A program made the translations under genes and the position numbers. Below, piece after piece: positions 58,428-64,000 of a DNA stretch of 64,000 nucleotides. Where the stretch lies: the NCBI GenBank assembly GCA_963674735.2, contig CAXXQS010000001.1:256001-320000 (forward strand), read 5' to 3'. The DNA comes from Myxococcota bacterium (GTDB taxonomy: Bacteria; Myxococcota_A; SURF-8). The notes beneath the pieces were generated by a model. The model made no database searches. It was not told where the DNA came from and was given only the letters and a program-made list of their open reading frames with translations. Position 1 is the stretch's first letter. Every line of letters starts with the position of its first letter.

Positions 58428-59147
58428 TTACAGATCGAAATAGTAGCCGATCTTGAGCGACACTTCCCCGCTGACGGGCAGGGGCTTGAAACTGTCGGAT
58501 CCGGCGTGAATGCGGGGATTGTTGATCGGCACATGCAGGCCCACCCAGGGGTTGAGATAGAGATTGTCGTAAAACTTCCAGATGTAGCCGCCGCCGAGGG
58601 TGTACACGAGGTTCAGCCAACGCTGGGTGGCGGCCGAGGATTTGTGTACGATGCGGTTTTCCCACAGCTCGAAACCGGTGCCCACCCACCAGCCGTCGAA
58701 CGCTTCGCCGAAGACGTAATCCACGATCAACGCGCCGACCGTCGTTTGCTGGTCGCCAAAGGCGTCGTTGCCCACCAGAAAATCGGGCATGTTCATGCGT
58801 GCGCCCACGAGTCGAATTTTGATGGAATCGATGCCCACCCAGGTTTGCCCCGACATCCCGAAATGGCCGCTCGCCGCACTCATGGCGACGGGCAGCAAAT
58901 CGAGTGTGAAGCCCAGCGCCAATTTGCGGCGCGAGGGCAGGGGCGGAGCATCGAGTCGGGACTCAACAATCGGGGAGGCGATCGGGTCATCCGTTGGTGA
59001 CGAAACCTCATCGGCGGACGCCGCCGCTCGGCTTGGAGAGAGAGACCACAAAAGCAGAATCAGGATGGAGCACAGATAAGGCGGAAACGGATTGAGCTGA
59101 GGTCGTCGATTGACACAAGGCGGATTGTTTTGAAAGCGGCACAGCAT
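58428..59147 (-). CDS. Putative small outer-membrane beta-barrel protein (start uncertain)
   Basis: Signal-like segment, alternating amphipathic strands, GGGYIW..LYLNPWVG, C-terminal KIGYYFDL. Confidence 0.7.
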   Translation of the reverse strand: MLCRFQNNPPCVNRRPQLNPFPPYLCSILILLLWSLSPSRAAASADEVSSPTDDPIASPIVESRLDAPPLPSRRKLALGFTLDLLPVAMSAASGHFGMSGQTWVGIDSIKIRLVGARMNMPDFLVGNDAFGDQQTTVGALIVDYVFGEAFDGWWVGTGFELWENRIVHKSSAATQRWLNLVYTLGGGYIWKFYDNLYLNPWVGLHVPINNPRIHAGSDSFKPLPVSGEVSLKIGYYFDL

Positions 59148-59170
59148 GAGAGACTCCCTTCATTTTTACG

Positions 59171-59217
59171 TGTCACCGGCAGGTGACAAGGCCGAGAGTA
59201 AGTCACTTACTGGTGAC
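59171..59217. promoter_or_regulatory. Tandem palindromic operators GTCAC-N6-GTGAC
   Basis: TGTCAC-CGGCAG-GTGACA (59171-88) and GTCAC-TTACTG-GTGAC (59202-17), 30 bp apart, between divergent genes. Confidence 0.6.
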
Positions 59218-59331
59218 ATGTCAAGTGAAAAAATGAAAAACGTGAAACCGGCGGGAAAGCCGGATCGGAATGGAATTATCGGACGGGTTGCCGGATCTAA
59301 AAGAAAGGCACGCGATCAGGAGGTACTGACG

Positions 59332-60186
59332 ATGATATTGGTCACAGGAGCAACCGGAACGGTCGGACGTCAGGTGGTTGAGTCGTTGCGTAGCAAGGGG
59401 GTTCCGGTGCGCGCCGGACTCCGCGACATCGAAAAGGGGGGGCGTTTGTGGCCCCACGGCGTCGAATGGGCAAAGCTGGATTTCGATCAACCCGAAAGCC
59501 TGGCGAAGGCCTGCGAAGGGATTCGGAAAGTTTTCTATGTGTCACCCTTTTCACCGGATATGGCGGAACAAACCGGCCACCTGGTGCAACAGGCGTTGAA
59601 AAGCGGGGTGACGCATATCGTGCGACTGTCGGTGTACGGCGCGGATGAGGAGAAACCTACGGCGTTGCAACGCGGGCACCGGGACGCGGAGCGTTTGATC
59701 GAGGAATCGGGGCTGGCCTACACGTTTTTACGGCCGAATTCGTTTATGGAAAACTTCATCCATCATCATGGTGCGGCGATTCGTTCCCAAAACCAGGTTT
59801 TCATGCCCATGGGAAAGGGGCGCGTGAGCTATGTGGCCGTGCGGGATATCGCCGATGCGGCGGCGGAGGTTTTGACGAGCGAAGGCCATGCCGGCAAGAG
59901 CTACACGCTCACCGGACCGCAGGCGCTCGATGGGCGGGATGTGGCGTTGGCGCTCTCCGAAGCGCTCGGACGATCGATCGTCTTTACCGATATTCCGGAA
60001 GACACCGCACGCGCGGCCATGTCGATGATGCCGCGGTGGTTGGTCGATGCGCTGCTGGAGTTGCAGGCCGCCTGCAAAGTGGGGAAATTCGCCGAGGTTT
60101 CCGAATCGGCGCGCCGTCTGGCCGGGCGTCCGGCGACTCCATTTATGAACTGGGCGCGCGAGCATGTCGAGGCCTGGGTGGGCTGA
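59332..60186 (+). CDS. NmrA-like / atypical SDR NAD(P)-dependent oxidoreductase
   Basis: MILVTGATGTVG, LRPNSFMEN, VAVRDIAD, YTLTGP; AGGAGG RBS. Confidence 0.9.
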   Translation: MILVTGATGTVGRQVVESLRSKGVPVRAGLRDIEKGGRLWPHGVEWAKLDFDQPESLAKACEGIRKVFYVSPFSPDMAEQTGHLVQQALKSGVTHIVRLSVYGADEEKPTALQRGHRDAERLIEESGLAYTFLRPNSFMENFIHHHGAAIRSQNQVFMPMGKGRVSYVAVRDIADAAAEVLTSEGHAGKSYTLTGPQALDGRDVALALSEALGRSIVFTDIPEDTARAAMSMMPRWLVDALLELQAACKVGKFAEVSESARRLAGRPATPFMNWAREHVEAWVG

Positions 60187-60227
60187 TCCTCGTATCGGAG
60201 TCGCTCGGAGCGACTTGGCTTTCGTGG

Positions 60228-60253
60228 GTTGGAGCGTGTCTCCGACGGGCTCC
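60228..60253 (+). repeat. REP-like palindrome (family 4), identical to 61562-61587
   Basis: GTTGGAGCGTGTC-TCC-GACGGGCTCC. Confidence 0.75.
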
Positions 60254-60281
60254 AGGTGCTGAAATCACTCATCGTCCAAAA

Positions 60282-60356
60282 GTAGGATGGGCAACTTGTT
60301 GCCCACCTTTAATGTGTTAATCATGATGTAATGATGGGCAACAAGTTGCCCATCCT
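60282..60356. repeat. Inverted GTAG-REP doublet (family 3); second REP interrupted by IS110
   Basis: GTAGGATGGGCAACTTGTTGCCCACC ... GATGGGCAACAAGTTGCCCATC-CT; the missing AC lies after the IS at 61533-34. Confidence 0.88.
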
Positions 60357-60370
60357 TGTATTATCCCTTT

Positions 60371-60579
60371 CAAGCGACTGTCATCGTTTGTGATGATAAG
60401 ATGAAACGACCTCCCGTAGCAAGCGGGAGGCCGTGGTGGGCGGCGAGATCGTCCCATCCTGGGGCCTGATGAGCCCGTTTTGTAGCCGGATCCGCCGTCC
60501 GTTTCGTCCGGGAAAACCCGAACAGTCGCAGGGGCCATTGTAATCGAAATGAGCCCGTATTGGCAAGGAAGGGTGCGCC
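60371..60579 (+). ncRNA. Predicted IS110 bridge RNA
   Basis: 5' hairpin 60410-30; target guides CCCATCCT (60453-60) and GTAG (60482-85); donor guides ACAGTCGC (60522-29) and CAAG (60564-67), each pair separated by a GGGC..GCCC stem. RNA ends are inferred. Confidence 0.85.
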
Positions 60580-61515
60580 ATGAAGAAATGGATCGGGATC
60601 GACGTCAGCAAAGCCGTTTTCGATGTCGCCGTCGACGGCGAAAGCACGTGCGTCCGCTACGCTTACACCAAAGCCGGCATGACACGCTTCGTCCGTTCGT
60701 TGAAGCGGATCGAGGTGGAGGGCGTCGTGATGGAAGCCACCGGCGGCTACGAACGGGAGCTGTGCAAACGTCTTCAGAAAGCGGGTTGGCCGGTGGCGGT
60801 GGTCAATCCCCGGCGCATCCGGGATTATGCCCGCGCCGTCGGCGTGATGGCGAAAACGGATCGACTCGATGCGGGCATCATCGCACGCTACGCAGCCGCC
60901 ATGCGTCCCGCACCGAACGAAACGCTCGGCGAAACCGCCCTCCTGTTAAAAGCCCTGTCTTCACGGAGGCGGCAGCTGGTCGCCATGCGCACGATGGAGA
61001 AAAACCGCACCGAACACGTGGGCGATCGGACGATCGGACAAAGCCTGCACCGCATTCTGGAGGTGATCGAACGGGAAATCGAGCGGCTGGATCGGGCCAT
61101 CGCGGCGGCCATTGCATCGGATCGGGAGCGCAGCGACCGGGCCGCGCGGCTCCAAACGATGCCGGGCGTCGGCGCGTGCACGGCGAATCTTCTGGTGACG
61201 GATCTGCCGGAGCTGGGGATCTACAACCGGCGGCAGATCGCGGCGTTGATCGGCGTGGCGCCCATGAATCGGGACAGCGGAACGTTTCGGGGTAAACGCA
61301 TGACCGGCGGCGGTCGTCATCGCCTGCGCACGGCGCTCTACATGCCGACGCTGGTGGCGATTCAACACAACCCGGTGATTCGCGGACACTACCAGCGGCT
61401 GGTCGGACGCGGCAAACCGAAGATGACGGCGGTGGTGGCCTGCATGCGAAAATTGGTCCTCATTCTCAACACGATGATGCGGAAAAACGAAGCCTGGAAC
61501 CCGAATTTCGCTTGA
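60580..61515 (+). CDS. IS110 family DEDD recombinase/transposase
   Basis: GIDVSK, VMEATG, KTDRLDA (DEDD), PGVG and DSG (Tnp serine) motifs. Confidence 0.96.
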   Translation: MKKWIGIDVSKAVFDVAVDGESTCVRYAYTKAGMTRFVRSLKRIEVEGVVMEATGGYERELCKRLQKAGWPVAVVNPRRIRDYARAVGVMAKTDRLDAGIIARYAAAMRPAPNETLGETALLLKALSSRRRQLVAMRTMEKNRTEHVGDRTIGQSLHRILEVIEREIERLDRAIAAAIASDRERSDRAARLQTMPGVGACTANLLVTDLPELGIYNRRQIAALIGVAPMNRDSGTFRGKRMTGGGRHRLRTALYMPTLVAIQHNPVIRGHYQRLVGRGKPKMTAVVACMRKLVLILNTMMRKNEAWNPNFA

Positions 61516-61561
61516 CACCGATAACAGTCGCTACTCACTACTCACTAATCATCATTCCCGT

Positions 61562-61587
61562 GTTGGAGCGTGTCTCCGACGGGCTCC
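61562..61587 (+). repeat. REP-like palindrome (family 4), second copy
   Basis: 26/26 identical to 60228-60253. Confidence 0.75.
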
Positions 61588-61592
61588 TAACT

Positions 61593-61620
61593 AAAAACGG
61601 GCCGGTTTGATACCGGCCCG
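61593..61620 (-). terminator. Terminator of the M3 peptidase gene
   Basis: AAAAA-CGGGCCGGT-TTGAT-ACCGGCCCG. Confidence 0.75.
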
Positions 61621-61641
61621 CGTGAGATTTCGTGGCTTCGA

Positions 61642-63486
61642 TCAGGCGTCCAGGGTTTTGATCCAGGTTTTGTATTGTTCGGCCATCTCTTCGAAGCTGG
61701 CGGTTTCGGTGGTGGCGATCACCTTTGCACCGTGCACCATGCGAATCGTTCCGTCGAGTTCCACCGGTCCGCTGCTGGCCGGGACGTCTTTCAGCTTTTC
61801 GACCTTGCGCCGTTGTTCCGCCACCGCTTCGTCAACGGTCAATGCCGCGTCTGCGACCAAAGCATCCATGTTGAAGGGTTTGCCGGTAAGCTGGGCCACG
61901 GCGTCCACGAACGGAATGCCGTTGCCGGGACGCCAGTAGGCCGCCTGCAGCGCCGGACCGATCTTGGGGTTGTCGGTAAGGAAACCATAGGTGGTCAGGA
62001 AATAATGCCGCGTTTGGGCCACGCCCGCCAGTGCCAGCACGTAACCGTGATAAATGCAGCTCGCTTCGCCGGAGAGCAGGTGCGGGACAGCCAGGGTGGG
62101 ACGCGCGCAGCGCGGCAGTCCCAACAGGCGCTGTTCGATTTCCACAAAAGCGGCCATCACCTTTTCCTGGGTGAGGTCGGCTTCGTCCATTTCGTAGAGC
62201 GCCTTCTCGGCGTAGCAGATGATCAACAGCGAGCGGATAAACGAGGCTTTGGCCGGTTGGTTGAGCTTCGTGGAATTTTCGATCACCTCCCAGGGGATCG
62301 GATTGCCGTCGCGGTCCTTGGCGTAGCGTGTCAGCCAGTCGGCGTCGTCCAGCAGCGAATCGCAGAACATCGATTGGGTTTCGGCGAAGGCGGCCGAGGT
62401 GGGGGCGAATTCCTGGCTGAAGCACGGCGCGCCCATCAGGACATTCGAGAAGTGGGCGGCGTGTCCACCCTCGTGGAAGAGCGTCTCGGCGGCGCGTTTT
62501 CCGCTGCCGATCTGGCCCGGTACGGCGTTCGACGTGAAGTTGACGCGTGCCCGTTCGCGCCCCTCGGCGTCCTCGAAAGGGGCCACCGGGGCGTGGCAGA
62601 AGCCGTTTTCATACTTGCCTTTGCGCACCATCAGGTCGAGTTGCAGTAGGGACTGTTCGTAGCGGATACCCAGCGCCATGAAGCTTTTGCCCCAGCGTAA
62701 GAGCGCGTCGTCGAACTGCATGTAGGGATCGATGTCTTTCATGGCGTCGCCCTGGGTGAAGTAGCGGAAATTCCAGGGCTTGAGCGCCGCTTCCCCATGC
62801 TGGGCGGAGACACCGGCGATGTAGCGGGTTTGCGCGTCGCGGGTGCGGGCTTCCAGGTCGTCGAGCAATTCGAACAGTTTCGCTTTGCCGAAGCCTTCGG
62901 TGGTGCTGACTTTCCAGTCGTAGTAATCTTCATAGCCCAGCAATCGGGCGAAGCGGTTACGCGCTTTGACGATCTCGAAGAAGCCGTTATCGATCACATA
63001 GCTTTCAATCGATTCGAGTCCTTCAAAGGCGGCTTTGCGCAGCGCTTCGTCGTCCGCCGACCCGATTTTCAACGCCAATTCCACCGAACTGGCGGCCTGA
63101 TGCGCGCCGCTTTGCGGGTCGGTGTAGCCAAGCGGCATGCCGCCGCGTGCCTTGGCCAGTTCGCTTTCCATGCCGATGATGGTGTCCGACAGCGCCCGGG
63201 CCTCTTCGTTCTCGATGACGTTGGCTTCGAAAAAGCGGATCCAGCCGTTCAAGGTGACGGTCTGAGCCTCGTCGGCATTCCCCGACGCCAGCAGCTCGCG
63301 GCATTGATTGAGCTTGGTTACGTCGTTCTTGAAGGCATTGAGCGCGCCTTCGGCCTTGTTGAAGGGGGCGTATTCGTTGGAGATGCCCATCTTGGTTTCC
63401 CAAAACAGTTCTTCCTTGGCGACGTGCAGGCGGTGGTATTCGCGGTTCAAGGCGACGATGGCCTGGGTGATTTCGTTGTGGGTCAT
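61642..63486 (-). CDS. M3 family metallopeptidase (oligoendopeptidase-like)
   Basis: RKGKYENGFC, TLFHEGGHAAH (HExxH), FAETQSM. Confidence 0.9.
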   Translation of the reverse strand: MTHNEITQAIVALNREYHRLHVAKEELFWETKMGISNEYAPFNKAEGALNAFKNDVTKLNQCRELLASGNADEAQTVTLNGWIRFFEANVIENEEARALSDTIIGMESELAKARGGMPLGYTDPQSGAHQAASSVELALKIGSADDEALRKAAFEGLESIESYVIDNGFFEIVKARNRFARLLGYEDYYDWKVSTTEGFGKAKLFELLDDLEARTRDAQTRYIAGVSAQHGEAALKPWNFRYFTQGDAMKDIDPYMQFDDALLRWGKSFMALGIRYEQSLLQLDLMVRKGKYENGFCHAPVAPFEDAEGRERARVNFTSNAVPGQIGSGKRAAETLFHEGGHAAHFSNVLMGAPCFSQEFAPTSAAFAETQSMFCDSLLDDADWLTRYAKDRDGNPIPWEVIENSTKLNQPAKASFIRSLLIICYAEKALYEMDEADLTQEKVMAAFVEIEQRLLGLPRCARPTLAVPHLLSGEASCIYHGYVLALAGVAQTRHYFLTTYGFLTDNPKIGPALQAAYWRPGNGIPFVDAVAQLTGKPFNMDALVADAALTVDEAVAEQRRKVEKLKDVPASSGPVELDGTIRMVHGAKVIATTETASFEEMAEQYKTWIKTLDA

Positions 63487-63699
63487 TCGCTTTCTCCCTT
63501 CGCGGAAAGTAGTCGATAAGCGGCGGGGAGCGTGGTTTTCCGCCGAGCGGCACCACCCTGTCACCTTTTTTGCGGCTTGTCAAGCGAAGCCCGTTCTTCT
63601 CGTCGGGCAATCGAAATAGGTGGGATTGTTCAGGAAAAACAGGCAAAGAAAGGGCTCCGCAAGGGGAGCCGAGAAGGGTTGTGGGAGACAAAAACCGCT

Positions 63700-64000
63700 T
63701 TAAAATCCGGCGGCGATATCCTCAAGCTGGTCGCGGTCGAGAATGTGAATGCTGTCTTTGGTGGTTTTGAGGATTTCTTTTTTCGAGAGGCGGCTCATGG
63801 TGCGGATGGCCGTTTCGATGGTGGTGCCGGTCAGATCGGCGATGTCCTGGCGCGAGAGCGAAATGTGCATCATGATCTGCCCGTCGCCGCTGGTTTCGCC
63901 GATTTTTTCGCCGAGTTTCAGCATCATATTGGCGATGCGCGTGTCGACTTTCCCAACCGACAGCTCGCGGATCAATTCCTGCTGGCTGCGCAAACGTTGA
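63700..64000 (-). CDS. Crp/Fnr family transcriptional regulator (5'-truncated)
   Basis: RIANMMLKL...LSRQDIADLTGTTIETAIRTMSRL Crp-type HTH. Confidence 0.9.
   Translation of the reverse strand, partial: QRLRSQQELIRELSVGKVDTRIANMMLKLGEKIGETSGDGQIMMHISLSRQDIADLTGTTIETAIRTMSRLSKKEILKTTKDSIHILDRDQLEDIAAGF

Larger units (their letters stand above)
60355..61532 (+). mobile_element. IS110-family (IS621-like) insertion sequence bounded by CT cores
   Basis: Left CT-TGTATTATCCC, right ACAGTCG-CT; removing the element restores the REP end GCCCATC-CT-AC. Confidence 0.92.

Noticed and set aside
60228-61587. 26-bp direct repeats as the IS110 ends or a target duplication
   Set aside because: The true ends are defined by the CT cores, the guide matches and the junction promoter; the repeats lie outside and are REP-like palindromes
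1-64000. tRNA, rRNA, prophage or integrase genes
   Set aside because: None recognised by eye; a tRNAscan/Infernal run would be needed to exclude small RNAs

Overview
GC-rich bacterial chromosomal window, most likely from an anaerobic Myxococcota-like/deltaproteobacterial lineage. The evidence is a MYXO-CTERM-like protease, several Cys-rich CxxxDNDCDG and DGD-linker lipoproteins, rpoH, scpAB-rluB and hcp. It carries housekeeping genes (M23 peptidase, rpoH, glgP, HU, lipA, scpA/scpB/rluB), a TonB/TonB-dependent receptor module and several giant surface lipoproteins. It also has a dissimilatory sulfur block, aprB-aprA-(Zn-ribbon/YkgJ fusion)-qmoA-qmoB-hdrD-like, with no qmoC. The most striking content is non-coding and involves REP sequences. 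(i) A RAYT is flanked by GTAG-REPs. (ii) Four copies of a ~180-bp MITE with ISAs1-like ends and 10-bp target duplications carry a REP-like doublet inside. (iii) An IS621-like IS110 element is inserted at the CT of a GTAG-REP; its bridge-RNA guides can be read directly from the sequence, and its left end holds an inverted copy of its own donor junction. All calls are by eye from motifs; no database searches were run.
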